Positions 37,960 through 50,797 of a DNA stretch of 64,000 nt are shown in pieces. Below the pieces are notes generated by a model. It was not told the DNA's origin, made no database searches, and saw only the letters and a list, made by a program, of their open reading frames with translations. Within the stretch, counting starts at the first letter, position 1. Each line of letters begins with the position of its first letter. The stretch lies in contig OX597815.1 in NCBI GenBank assembly GCA_951406725.2, positions 92,008,001 to 92,072,000 on the forward strand. The letters run 5' to 3'. The translations under genes and the position numbers were made by a program. The DNA is from Octopus vulgaris. Taxonomy: Eukaryota.

Positions 37960-40130
37960 TCTTGAACAGCTACTAACTCTCTGTGAGATATGTTGATGTA
38001 TGCTGCATCCAAAAAGTTTGGTGGAAGGGAGCTTCAGCCAGGATCCTCACTGGTGAAAGGCATAGGTATAAATTCTTTTGTGAGGGCAACAGTGATGGGG
38101 TAGGAGGTATTGGCATACTTCTAGCTGAGAAATGGATAAACAAGGTGATTGAAGTAGTCAGAATATGTGATAGGATACTTAAGCTTAGACTAGTTTTGCA
38201 GAATTGCATAGCAACATTCATCTCTGCCTATGCCCACCCCCTCCCCAGCTGTTCAAATGAAAAAAAGGACTGTTTTTATGACACTCTTTTTCAGGTGACT
38301 TTGAAGATAAATGACAGTGATCTTATCTTTGTGGCTGGTGATTTCAATGGACATGTTGGGCAGCACCCAGGTGGCTTTCATGGAGTGCATGGGCCCCATG
38401 GAATTGGTTTCCGAAATGAGGAGGGAGCAAGGTTGCTGGAGTTCAGTGATGCAAATGACCTAATGATCTGCAACACCAACTTCAGAAAGCCAGCCAGTCA
38501 CCTGATAACCTATAAATCCAGTGACCATTCTAGCCAGATTGACTACATTCTCACCAGAAAAAGGGCTTCATGGTTGCTCTTAAATGTAAAGGCCTTCCCT
38601 AGTGAAGAATGTACCCCTCAGCAAAGATTACTCATTAGTGACTTTAAGCTACAGGCACAAAGGAACCCAAGAAGCAAACCAGTCCAGAAAAGAAAGATCT
38701 GGAAGCCTAAAGATCCTTTGAATAGTCAGGTTTAGGGACTTCCTAACTGAAGCATTTGATGAGAAGTGGGAGAAGCTACAAGCTTGCAGTATAGAGGATA
38801 ACTGGAAGTTTCTACAAGATAACTTACTGAGAGCCACAAACAAATTTGTGGGAGGTGCAAAGTTCCAACCAGACCTAGAGTGACATGGTGATAGAACAAT
38901 GTAGTTGACAGTGCCATTAGAACAAAGAAACAGACTTGGAAGGACTGGAAGTGTCGGGGTAGCAAGGAGCTGTACCAGGCAGCTAGAAGAGAAGCTAGGA
39001 AGCAGGTATACTTAGCCAGGGATGAAGCAAAAAGGAAGAAGTTTACTAATGTTCTGTAGCATGAGGACCAGTAACTTGATGCGTTTCAGTTTGCAAGACA
39101 GTGTGCCAGGGAAAATTGTGATGTTGAGAGAGAGAAGTGTATTCGCATGGATGATGGTTCACTTGTAGTTAGTGACTCTGCAAAGAAAGAGGCTTGGAAG
39201 TGCCACTATGAAAAGCTACTGAATGTAAAGAACTCATTGGAGAAGGAGAGTCTGCCTGATGTTGATCCAACAGAAGGACCAGCAATCCAAAGAGACAGTA
39301 ATGTTGTAGACAAAGCCATGAAGGATATCTTGGGGAAAGCCCCCCCCATCAGGAATAACTGCTGAGATGCTTAAAATATCTGGCAGTGTGGGTTATGATC
39401 TAGTCATCTGTATATTTAATCAGGTGGTACCTGAAGGAATCATACCCAATGACTGGTGTAGTCGCACCATAGTCAACAACTACAAAAGTAAAGGTGATGC
39501 CTTAGATAGAAGTAACTACAGAGGTATCAAATTGTTGGATCAGGTGATGAAAGTCACAGGGAGAGCCATAGCCCAACTAATTAGGGAGAGAGTCTAGATG
39601 AGATGCAGTATCAGGGAGAAGCACCACCAATGCTATATTTCTGGTAAGGCAGCTGCAGGAGTCTAAGATAAACCTCTGTACTTGGCTTTTGTTGACTTGG
39701 AGAAAGCTTTTGACAGGGTCTTCCAATCCCTTATCTGGTAGTCAATGCGTAAACTAGGGATAGACAAGTGGTTGGTGAGACCTGTACATGTGGTCTGCAA
39801 GAGAGACAACTATGCTAGTATGGTTATGTGATACATATGGATGAGGATAGCTGTGTAAAGAAGTGCCAATCTCCAACTGTGTAAAGAAGTGCCAATCTCC
39901 AAGAAGTGCCAATCTCCAACTGTGGAGGGAACCTGTGGAGGGAACCCAGGAGGGAACCCAATCTCCAACTGTGGAGGGAACCCAGGAAGACATGGGATGA
40001 GGTAGTGAAGCATGATCTTTGAATGTTGAGCCTTACGGAGGTAATGACCAGTGACCAAAACTTTTGCTTGAGAAGATCCGTCAAGCCAAGTGAAATCATA
40101 GTTGTGGCTGATGTGGATGTCACATATACA
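37960..40130 (+). mobile_element. RTE-clade LINE, decayed (APE endonuclease, partial RT, 3' end)
   Basis: VDVCCIQ, FISAYA, VAGDFNGHVG and SQIDYIL (APE); KGDALDRSNYRGIKLL and AFVDLEKAFDRV (RT). Stops, frameshifts and a large internal deletion near 39800. Confidence 0.92.
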
Positions 40131-40249
40131 ATATGGATAGCAAGAGGAGGAGAGACGCATGAAGTAGGAGTACCTGAGTGGAAGTAGCATGAGATCAGCC
40201 AACTCCATGGAGCAGAGGCTATTGTAGTGGTGGTAGAATATAGCACATT

Positions 40250-41520
40250 TGTGGGCCAAAGGTTGGAGTATGTTGTCTAGTACTTCATGCCAAGCAGTCA
40301 AGTGGCCTATCTTTGGATGCTATCAGTATATGTAACAGTATATATAACAGTAGCACTTTCCCAGATGCAGAAGTACTGCTCTATTGTAGATCTTAACTGA
40401 GCTTTGTAGAAAGGTAATAGGTATTAGGGGTCTGAAGAGGAAGGTCAGTTTTTGAAATACAGTTTTGAACATGTGCATTTACCAAGAGAGATCTTCAGTG
40501 ATGATGAGACATAATATTTGTAGCAATTTGAGAATTCTTGTTGCATGTTGTTCATATTTTGAAGTTGGGTGCAATGTTTTCTTGATATGTGCAGTGTTGT
40601 GCCTTTGTATTTGAAGAAACCAAGATTGGCATGACCCTTTTGTGAGATATTTTCAAGGTTCCTGTTCATAGTCAGAGCTGATTGGCATATCTAAGTTACA
40701 CATGGATGATGCTTGAATGTGGGATGTTAAGAATGAATGAAAGGTGGTATAATTTCTGTAGGAGTGGTTGTTGGAGGTGATGGCAAGTAAGTTTTTGGTG
40801 TACAGGAAGAAGAGTGTGAGGGCAAAACCTAACTCTGAGACAAACCAGAGTTAATTGAGACAACTCATTTGATGCATGGGCAATGGTATGATCTGACAAG
40901 AAGCCACTGATCCAAGAAATGAAAGATGAATGGAGGCTATAGGCAAGCAGTTTTACCAGATTTGTGAGCCAAACACTGATGTTGGAGGCAACAACAATGT
41001 CTCAAAAAAATTTCTTGACAATATGAGTCTACTGGTTAGTAACACAGGAGAATAGGTCTCCAATAGATCTGGTTTTATGTAAGCCATATTAGTGGTCATT
41101 AAAGAGTGCAAGAGGTTTGTGGTGAAAGGTAAGGTTGTTGTTAGTGGATGTCTCCATTAACTTACAATTGTTGGAAGTGGGTGAAATAGGACAGTAGTTA
41201 ACAAGGTTACACCAGCTTATTACTAGAGATCAGGATATACCCCTGCAAGGAGAGAGAAGAGTTTGTTGAGGATAGGAACGAGCTCTGGGGAAATTTGTTT
41301 GAAATTAATAGAGCTGACATTGTTAGGGCCACAGGCTTTGTTGGTTTAAAGTGATTGGTATATATATGTGCATAGTTGTGAGCCTGGTGGTATGGAAATG
41401 AATAAATTTTGAGAGATTTAATTTTTGTGTTGAGTTGGATGCCAAGTAGGCAGCAATTGTGAAGGCTTTCCTCTTTGGAGTACTGCTTATAGGACCATCA
41501 TGCTTCAGAATGCAGATGTA
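40250..41520 (-). mobile_element. Decayed CR1/Jockey-group LINE RT fragment
   Basis: Remnants KACGPNNVS, NYCPISP and an FCPHTL/YTKNLL RT-like segment on the minus strand; many disruptions. Confidence 0.5.
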
Positions 41521-41557
41521 TTATTTATTGTTTATTATTGTTTTAATTTCCTTTCAG

Positions 41558-41697
41558 GCGAAGTACCAATAATGATGGCCCCAGTGGATTTGGTTTTGAG
41601 CTTACATTTAGGCTACGACGAGAACCAGGTGAAACGAACCCCCCTACATGGCCTGCTGCCTTAATGCAATCATTAGGACGTTATGTCTTTCAATCAG
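41558..41697 (+). CDS. SUFU: Suppressor of fused, exon 3
   Basis: ttcag|G RSTNNDGPSGFGFELTFRLRREPGETNPPTWPAALMQSLGRYVFQS G|gtattt. Confidence 0.96.
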
Positions 41698-42699
41698 GTA
41701 TTTACTTATCTATAGTTTGAAGTGAAGGCATTGTTTTGAGTATCATATTGATACAGCAACAGTTAGACCTGTTTCATATTTGAAAACAGCAGACTTATGA
41801 GACATATGGTCTTAGATGCTTGAAATTATGTAGATTGTCAATGGCTGGTAATATTCAAATTTCTTGGCATTACCTCTTTACAGCTCTACTGTAGCGTAAT
41901 AATGTAGAAAATAGTATAGAATAGTACACTGCAATATAGTATAGCTGTACAATATAGTCCAGTAGAATATGCTTTTCTACTCTAGGCACAAGTCCCGGGT
42001 GAAAGGCAAACTCTACTTTGGCAGAATTTGAATTCAGAATATAAAGACAGACGAAATACCACCAAGCATTTCACCCACCATACTAGCATTTCTGCCAACT
42101 CACTGCCTTAATCCAGTCGAATATTGTCATATGTGAAATAGTTCAGTATGGTATTATTGTTGTTGTCTAGTCCCTGGTGTTCCAGCTATAACCATTCCAT
42201 CTTTTTCCTACATGCAGGGAATTTAGAGCTACCTTATCCCACATTTCATTTTCTAAGACAATGGAGTGTGAATAAAGGGAGATTTGGCTGCTGTTACTAG
42301 CAGATTGAGTGACCATATAGAGGCTCTATCAGTACAATTTAGTATTCTTCAGTGATATATAATGCATTATTGTATAAAAGATTGTAATTTAATGTAATGC
42401 AATATGCCATAGTATAATAACTATAATGCAATAGACTACAAAATAGTACTATACTGAGGTATATCATGAAATAATACTGCATAATGCAATACAGTATGAT
42501 GATGTATATCATAGTGTTGTACAATGTAACATAGCAATGTGCAATATAGTGGATTAGAATACAATTAAATACAGTTTTATATACAATATAATACAAGTTA
42601 GTTAATTATACTGTTTCTGTACAGATATAAATTATCTCTTCTTATATGCACCAATCTTTGCAATTCATTAATTACATAATTACATTTTTTTTTCAACAG

Positions 42700-42842
42700 A
42701 AAACATCCTTTGTAGTGGTGACCATGTGTCTTGGCATGCCCCATTGGATGGCAGTGAATCTCGTGTTCAGCATATGCTTATGACAGAAGATGTACAACTG
42801 CAACCAATTTTAACACCATTTGGTGTTGTTAGTTTCATACAG
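42700..42842 (+). CDS. SUFU: Suppressor of fused, exon 4
   Basis: aacag|AA NILCSGDHVSWHAPLDGSESRVQHMLMTEDVQLQPILTPFGVVSFIQ|gtgaag; 143 nt. Confidence 0.96.
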
Positions 42843-43571
42843 GTGAAGTCCACCATTTCTGTCCCATTTTTATATATTCTCTTCTTACCATGTAAGCTAT
42901 TGCTACTCTGGATTTTTTTCTTTGCCTTATCTAAAACATTAGTGCCTTGCTTAACTTAGGATACTTTTCATGCTTTTTACACCTTTATGTTTCTTCATAT
43001 TCAGTCTATTCACTTCTCTCTCACTTCTCATCTTTAGTTTATCTATTAATGACTGTTCAAACCATTTACAGTTACAAATGGATTTTTCTCTGTAGAATGC
43101 TTTGCATTCCGAGTTCAAACTGTACAAAGTTACTTACATCAACTGTTCCTCTCTCAAAATGACTGTCCCTCTATGTTAGAAATCATAATAGTTAGTATTT
43201 TAAATATAAATCAGAAGTCTGGCACATGTTTGAAGCCATAATTTTGAGATCAGCAATTGAACTGTGATCAAGTCCTTTATTTATTTATTCATCTACCTTC
43301 AAGTCAAAAACAAATTTTTTTATTGGGAAATAGTTAAAACACTTTTGAATATTTGTGTTCACTAAACATTCCTAGTTGAAATCCTGCTAGTATTGTTGAA
43401 TTTATTCATTATGAATGTAGAATTGATAAAATATGATAAATACCAGTTATATCTGAGAGGTTGGTGGACTGGGTGGTTCAATTGACTTTACAGACTGTTG
43501 TGAATTTGGGATTATGTGTGAAATATAGGGAATCAATATTAATGTTTATTTTTTCTCTCGTATATTTTCAG

Positions 43572-43657
43572 ATTGTAGGAGTTTGTAGTGAAGAATTAAA
43601 AGCTGCCCAACATTGGAATGGCCCTGGAGTCATAGAGTTGCTGCGTTCTGTTGCAGT
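43572..43657 (+). CDS. SUFU: Suppressor of fused, exon 5
   Basis: ttcag|IVGVCSEELKAAQHWNGPGVIELLRSVA GT|gtaagt; 86 nt. Confidence 0.96.
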
Positions 43658-44033
43658 GTAAGTTTACAGCTTAGCATTCTGGCTACATTAAATCACTAAT
43701 CTTTAACTCCCAAAACTGTGATGTCTATTTTTATTTACCAGGTCATAACAATTCGAAATATGTCCAGAATTATCTCCCATGCTTACCGAAATAATTATAA
43801 ACGATATTAGTTAATGCCAAAAATGTTTCTTTATTGCATGATTATTTATAGTTGGCTTTTTTATTGCTCTCTTCTAAGGAATTATTAGCATTTAATACTG
43901 CATAGTAGTTCACTATACGTTAATAGTTTCAAATATTTAGTTGAATCCCGAGAAATTCTTCAGAAAATTCAACCTAAACTGATTAACTGTCTTTAATTTT
44001 TATGTTATATTTCTGTTATTGTCTAAATATATA

Positions 44034-44366
44034 GTGACCCCCTTCGGTCAGACACTGACCATGGGTTTGCACCTAGAGAGTTACTCTCTGAGGCACAAGT
44101 CTGGGCAAGGTTGTTTCATGGAAGACCAGCAGTCGCCCATGCATACCGGCCTCCCTCTCCACGTCACCGATGTTGTCCAAGGGAAAGGCAAGGGCCGATA
44201 CAGCTTGGCACCTGTGACGTCGCAACTCATTTCTACAGCTGAGTGAACTGGAGCAACGTGAAATAAAGTGTCTTGCTCAAGAACACAACACGCAGCCCGG
44301 TCCGGGATTCGAGCTCACAACCTCACGATCGTAAGCTCGACGCTCTAACCACTGAGCCACGCGCCT
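44034..44366 (-). mobile_element. Young full-length tRNA-derived SINE with target-site duplication
   Basis: Head GGCGCGTGGCTCAGTGGTTAGAGCG...GAGCTCGAATCCC with A and B boxes, and CORE-like TTCTTGAGCAAGACACTTTA. Flanked by TCTAAATATATA at 44022-44033 and 44367-44378. Confidence 0.9.
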
Positions 44367-44976
44367 TCTAAATATATAAGAGCAAAATTTTGACCACAAG
44401 TACGAAATTTATCAAGGGAAATAACTCTGTAAATTGACAAAAGGCCCAACTAAATATTTGTTTCAAATTTATAGACCAATGGTTTTTCAACTTTTGTATT
44501 TATGCTATAATGTTTGCAGGATAATTTGAGTGAATTCCTGGTGACTTGAGGTAAACATGTATTTTAGAATTAGTTCATGGTTTTCTCTTTCTTCTGATCT
44601 TAGAATTCCTTACAAATGATTTTTCTTATGTTGAATTTAGTGGCTATAAACTTGAAGTAGTGGACTACTGACCACTTATTAAGCTTTATAACATACTCTG
44701 CTTATAGTGTTTGTGTTGTTTTCTTAGGTAGAACTCATTAGTCTTGCTGCTTCAATCTACCTGGTTGAAAATAGTTCCATCTGAAATGTCTGTGATATGG
44801 TTAATATTAGAAAGAACATGCACTTGATATAATACCTTTCCCAACATTATACAAATATCCTTCTAAATGTATGTAAACATTGTATACATACCTACCTACT
44901 TACTGATCCACAACCACAGTCTTACAACTTTACGTTTATAACAGCTTTTTCTATGATGTATTTTTTCTCTTCACAG

Positions 44977-45049
44977 GGCTGGAGGGGCTTGGTTAATAAC
45001 AGATATGAGAAGAGGAGAGAGCATCTTTGAGTTGGATCCTTCATTACAA
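44977..45049 (+). CDS. SUFU: Suppressor of fused, exon 6
   Basis: cacag|G AGGAWLITDMRRGESIFELDPSLQ|gtaagc; 73 nt. Confidence 0.96.
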
Positions 45050-45680
45050 GTAAGCTTTGATTGATTATAAAAAGACATGTTTTAATCATGCATCAATTAT
45101 ATTTTAAGACTTGCTGTGTGTATGCTGCATGATTAAGTTGGCTTTTCAACCACAGGGTTTTGGGTTCAGTCCCACTATATATCACTTTGGGAAGGTGTCT
45201 TCTACTGTAACCCTGGAATTGGTAAATGAGAACTGTATGGAAGCCCATTGTGTGTGTTTGTGCACATACATGAGTGTGAGTATTGACATTCTACAGTTTT
45301 TTTGGGTTTTTTTTTCTTGTCACTGGATCACTGAAATGGTGATATTTACATTCTTTGTTGACATTAAGACAAGTTCTATGCTTTCAAAGACCAGTGAATA
45401 GAAAACTTTCTCTTACTTAAAAACCACATAAAAGTTGGAAATAGAAAAGGCATCTGACCATAAAATGCTGTCTTAAATAAGTCTCTGTCCAACCCATGCT
45501 AACATGAAAAAACAGAGATGTTAAATAAATGAACAAAACAAACTTGTCTATGTTGATATTTTATATTTTCTATAATATGTACTGAATTATTTTGGGTAGC
45601 AATCTAGAGAATGGAGATGAACTTGTAAAAAGGATGTTAGCATAATAGTTATGAAAACTATGCCTGTTGAGAAAATATAA

Positions 45681-46245
45681 GAACCCCTATCTTGCCCAGG
45701 ACATCAATCGTCTGGAAGCTGTTCAGCGACGTGCAACCAAAAGAATACCCTCCATCAGGCATTTGCCATATCCTGAACGCCTTACTTCCCTGGGCATGGA
45801 CACATTGAAACTCCGACGTCTGGCAGCTGACTTGGCAGACACCCATAAAATTATCAACCATCGCACAAACAATAACTCTGAGCACCTCTTCAAACTCCAC
45901 CCATCTAACACCCGTGGACATATTTACAAAGTAAGAAAACAGCACAGCTCCCATGACTTCAGGAAACATTTTTTCACGCTGAGAGTTGCTGAAGCATGGA
46001 ACAAACTGCCGGCATCGGTTGTTAGTTGTCGGAGCACTGCATCCTTCAAAACTTCCATGCTTCCTGAGATTCGCCAACACTACACTTGATTTTCTCCCCT
46101 CCATACACACACAAGCATGTATCTGACTCATACACTGTTCACTTTCCAGACATTTCTACATTACTGCATGTACTTTATATGCACTTTCTGACAAGTTGTG
46201 GTGCACCTGAGCACTGTATACAATAATTTCATTATTATTATTATT
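45681..46245 (+). mobile_element. 5'-truncated CR1-type LINE (ORF2 C-terminus, 3' UTR, (ATT)n tail)
   Basis: NPYLAQDINRLEAVQRRATKRIP...YPERL..LGM..L..RR...TRGH...RKHFFTLRVAEAWNKLP is uninterrupted. ATTATTATT tail. Confidence 0.9.
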
Positions 46246-47020
46246 TTTTTTTATTTAAGAAGAGTTAAACAGTGATTTAGTGTCAAAAGTTGAGAAAAAG
46301 ATTGTGGTACATTTTGAGCATATTATTTGATTCTATTAGGCATAATTTTTTATAATTTGGTTAAATTCTCTAGTTGTGAAAAGATTATGTAATGGAAAAA
46401 AATTAAAATTAAGTAATGGTAACTAAGTACAGCATGTATATAAACATTTTTAGTTGACCATTCCTTTGTAGTGTGTTCTATACAGTACAGCTGTCAGAAA
46501 CTAAAAACTAAAGATTTTAATATTTTGAGATGTCTGCTAACAGAAAAGAGCAAAAAATTCAAATAGAATTATTGATATAAGTTTGTGTTGCAATCAAGTG
46601 ACATAAGGGTGTAGAGGTGAATGTGTGTTTGGTTTTTGTAATGCCACACAGTAATTCTTTTTTCACTCTGGCTGGTGGAAACTGATATTATAAGTAGGTT
46701 ACAATTTTGAAATGTGATTGTTTTGCATACACTTTGAACATTCTTGTGAAAAACAGGAGCATTACATCAGTGACATGAAATTTGATATGTAATCTAATGT
46801 CAAACCAATTCCATGATTCTGTTTCAATTCCATTCCATCAATTCTCATCTGCCAGTTCCTCTCACAAAGTATCAGTTTCCCCAAGGCTTTAATAGAAGGC
46901 ATTTGTGTAAGGTATTACACAGTGGTATCTTACAATCCCCCAAAAAAAAAAAAAGAGAAAGAGTACATGTGATTATAAAACAAATTCATATGCCCACAGC
47001 ACCCACTCTGTGTGTGTGTG

Positions 47021-47103
<83 letters not shown>

Positions 47104-47303
47104 GTGATATAAACATCAAATTCTGCTGAATAAAGCCTTTTTCTGTTCTACCTTTATTGTATTTTCCTGCAAATAATTTTTCTTTCTTTCCAGTTTCAAA
47201 ATGTTTACACGTTACATATTCTGTTAGCATCAACTATCTATACTCTAACTCTGCAAGTCATAGTAAGTTTTACCATTATTAAGCTTTTCCTCTTTGATTT
47301 TAG

Positions 47304-47478
47304 GAGAGAGTGGACAGTGGTATTGAGCAAGAAGGTTCTAACCTTAGCGGTGTCAGCAGTAGGTGCTTCTGGGATGAAATACTTTCCAACAATCATGGCA
47401 ATGAAGACAATAAAGAGAATCGTCTTATTGAAGAAGAAAGGCGCTGTAGTCTTGAAAGACCTCATATATCAGATATAG
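47304..47478 (+). CDS. SUFU: Suppressor of fused, exon 7
   Basis: tttag|ERVDSGIEQEGSNLSGVSSRCFWDE...ERPHISDI G|gtatat, phase 1. Confidence 0.92.
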
Positions 47479-47918
47479 GTATATCAGTCTCTCTCTCACT
47501 TTCATGTAATGTATGTGTATGTATTCATTTCACCTCCCTCATATGGACATAGATATTTCATATAACGTTTCTTTCCTTCACTTACTTATAATATGAATAT
47601 GCATTACTGTAATGCTTCATTGAGTTTATAGAAACAGACTGCCAAACTAAATACCCCTCAGTATTTAATTTCACTCTAAACACTTTGACGTAAAATTTTA
47701 TTAGGATAACTTGTAAAATTGACAAAATAAGTATCTAATATACTAGGAGCAATTAAATTAACAATATCATCTGTTCAGTAACAACTATACTTGTGCCTTA
47801 GTCAAAAGAAACAACACACTGAGGCATACTTTGCATGCACACACACACACACCTCATAAATTATTGAACTCTACAATCTAAACAGTTATTATCCAGAAAT
47901 TTTCTTTTGGCATTTCAG

Positions 47919-48021
47919 AATCAGAACAAATTCGAGCTGTTTTGCAGAAAGGTTTACATAATTCCCTTGTCAACTCCTCATTACTATCAGAACAAAATGA
48001 AAATATCGAGGGTGTTTTACA
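47919..48021 (+). CDS. SUFU: Suppressor of fused, exon 8
   Basis: ttcag|AA SEQIRAVLQKGLHNSLVNSSLLSEQNENIEGVL CA|gtaaat. EQIR..L.KGL matches human TEQIRETLRRGL. The phase-2 donor fits exon 9. Confidence 0.85.
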
Positions 48022-49779
48022 GTAAATATTTATTTTTTATAAAAAATTTTCTTGTATGACTGTTTTACCATTAATTACTTTTCTTATTTTGCTTTATGTA
48101 AATCTTCAATTCCTTACATTTCTATTATTCAGTGTCATCATCATTATATTCATGTTATTTTACTGTCCATGTTGCTTCAATGGCATAGGCTGGATACGTT
48201 TATCATACATGCTGCCATCACTTCTCAAATTTTCACAGCTTTCTGTCATAGTTGAGCTTCAGTCAGCACACCTTTTTTTCATCAAACACTCATTATCAAT
48301 AGTTACATTGTAATTTTTTACAGGTACCAGAATATATATACACTGCAAATAGTCTATAATATTTAATATATTACAAAATAACAAAACTACAAATGCAATA
48401 ATAATTTTTCACATTAGTACAACATTATGCATTTTATTGAAGTGGCATATACTTATATCAGTTACTCACCTCCATCCCACTGGTATCATTGAGTCTTAAT
48501 TTTATTGGACTCAAAGAATAAATAGAGGTATAGAACTATATACTGAAAAGGATTCAATCCACTGTACTACCATTCCTACCTACTACCACCATTCACAGAC
48601 TATAACATGATAATACATATACTAATAACAATTTACACACCAAGGAGACTGCCCTTATGTGGTCATTTGACATGCCACAAGCTGCAGCCAAATCGCCCGC
48701 ATATCACACCATACCACCTTAAAAATGATTAGGGCTCTTTGGATAATGTATTCCTAAATACGCTATAAAAAAAAACTTGAAAATGTTTGTCATTGATCTT
48801 TGTGTACTTGATGAGGGTTGTCTAGGGACTAAACAAATTCAACACATAATTTATGGTAAATTTTTATCATAGTAATTTCCTATTACTACTATAACGGTAG
48901 CTGTGTTATCATACATTGAGTTTATAGAAACATATCCACTATGAAATTTACCAAAACACCTACATCTCTTTCTCTTTCAAAAACCAAGCACAAATGTTTC
49001 ATGTCCTTAAAACTAGAATCGTTACATAACTCTGTCCCATTATATGCTGTCACAATATATTAACTTCCATCTTTTCATTCATCATATGCAACAATGTCAT
49101 TCCATGACATTCGCTTTTCTTGCCTGAGAAGATGGACTTTCTAATACAAACAGGCTATGGTTTGTGAACTTTCTATGAACTTTCTATTTGAGCACTCTAT
49201 AACAGAGAATGTGACAAGGCTAGCTCTTTGAAATACAGGTACTACTCATTTTTGCCAGCTGAGTGGACTGGAGCAACACGAAATAAGATGTCTTGCTCAA
49301 GGATACAATGTGCTGCCAGGAATTGAATTCATGACCTTACGATCATGAGCGGAATACCCTAACTGCTATATTACGTGTGTCTGTGTTAGTAATAACATTA
49401 GTTTAAGAAATTATTCCTGAGTTTATTTATGCACAAGTACAGTAAATCTTCAAATTTTCCTAGGAAATGAAATAAAATGAAATAAAATATTTATGTCATT
49501 ATATTTAAAAATTTATCTAGTGCTTGAGAAAACATGTGCTTCTACTGCATTCTAATTGCTATACAAATCATTTTCCATGGAAAATTTGAAGACTTTCTTT
49601 ACATGTGTATATAGAGATTAATGAGCAATTTCTTCTTTTCTTCTAACTAACCTTATTATTATTACTAACATTCCATTCTGTACACTACCAAAATGTTTTA
49701 TTCTTATATACATATACAGAACCAGTTTTAAATTACTTAAAAAAAATAAACAAACAAAAAACCTATTGTTTATTTTCAG

Positions 49780-49923
49780 CAATCAAAATGGGTCAAGGAA
49801 AGAATCTTTTGACAGCACATTGGCATCTGAAGTTCCGTCTGAATTATTCCGCACTCGCACATTGGATAACGTTCACCTAAAACTCAATCTAGAAGCTGGA
49901 TTATTACTCCCACTGGCTCTTAA
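49780..49923 (+). CDS. SUFU: Suppressor of fused, exon 9
   Basis: ttcag|C NQNGSRKESFDSTLASEVPSELFRTRTLDNVHLKLNLEAGLLLPLAL AA|gtatgt. Confidence 0.93.
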
Positions 49924-50658
49924 GTATGTTCTTACTTTTTCCATTGTATCTCACTACTACTTTCTGTTGTAAGATACACTATTTTATTTGTGTCAAGAAC
50001 CAGATCTAACAGGTACAAACACATACACACATTTGAAGCTTACAAACCATAACCAGGAATAGTGTATATCCTAAGTTAAATTCCCATGTATCCTTGTGTT
50101 CTCTTTTAATGCAATAGTGTGTGATTTGGCTATTTCTGCAGAGTGTGTGATTACGTACAAGCTCCTTCATTGGCTTGTCTAGAAACAGTGATTTCATTTA
50201 ATGAAGACACAAAGTCACTCACCTAATGCATATCTACCACCTGTTATTCACTATCATATAGCAATATTTGTCAATACTTATCATGTAAGCAGTATGTTAT
50301 TTATTATCCAGTAATATCTACTTATTTATCAACCAATAAAGTTACCTTGCTTTTGTCTAGTACCCACAAAAAATTATCACATTGTACTTAGTATTTCTTC
50401 ATCTGTTGGAAGTTTGTTTAAAAACTCAGACTTCTGCTAAAATAATAATTTCATTAACTGCTTAGAAGCCCATATTGCTTACATTTAGACTAAACTTGCT
50501 GCTTCCATCGTATTTATTTCTCGGTTTTCTTTTTAACGTATGTTTGTGCATCTATTTAATTAATATATTCTCGGTAGGTATTTTAATTTATGAACTTACC
50601 TAATGTCTATTTGATTTTAGGTTTCTGTTTCATACAAGATATTTCTTTGTTTCGGTAG

Positions 50659-50797
50659 AGGCAGATTAAAACATGGCCGTCATTTTACATTCAAGAGTGT
50701 ACTGAATGATGTGGCAGTGACATTGGTCTCAAGCAGTGTCACAGGTTCCATAGCAGATGAGCAGCATCCATATGCTACACATGGTCCTTGGCTTCAG
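50659..50797 (+). CDS. SUFU: Suppressor of fused, exon 10
   Basis: ggtag|A GRLKHGRHFTFKSVLNDVAVTLVSSSVTGSIADEQHPYATHGPWLQ|gttggt; 139 nt. Confidence 0.95.

Noticed and set aside
44290-44366. tRNA-like sequence on the minus strand
   Set aside because: There is no proper acceptor stem or terminator. It continues into a SINE body bounded by a TSD.
50621-50658. Alternative upstream acceptor (ttttag|G) for SUFU exon 10
   Set aside because: It would add 38 nt and shift the frame. The 50659 acceptor preserves homology (KGRLKHGRHF).
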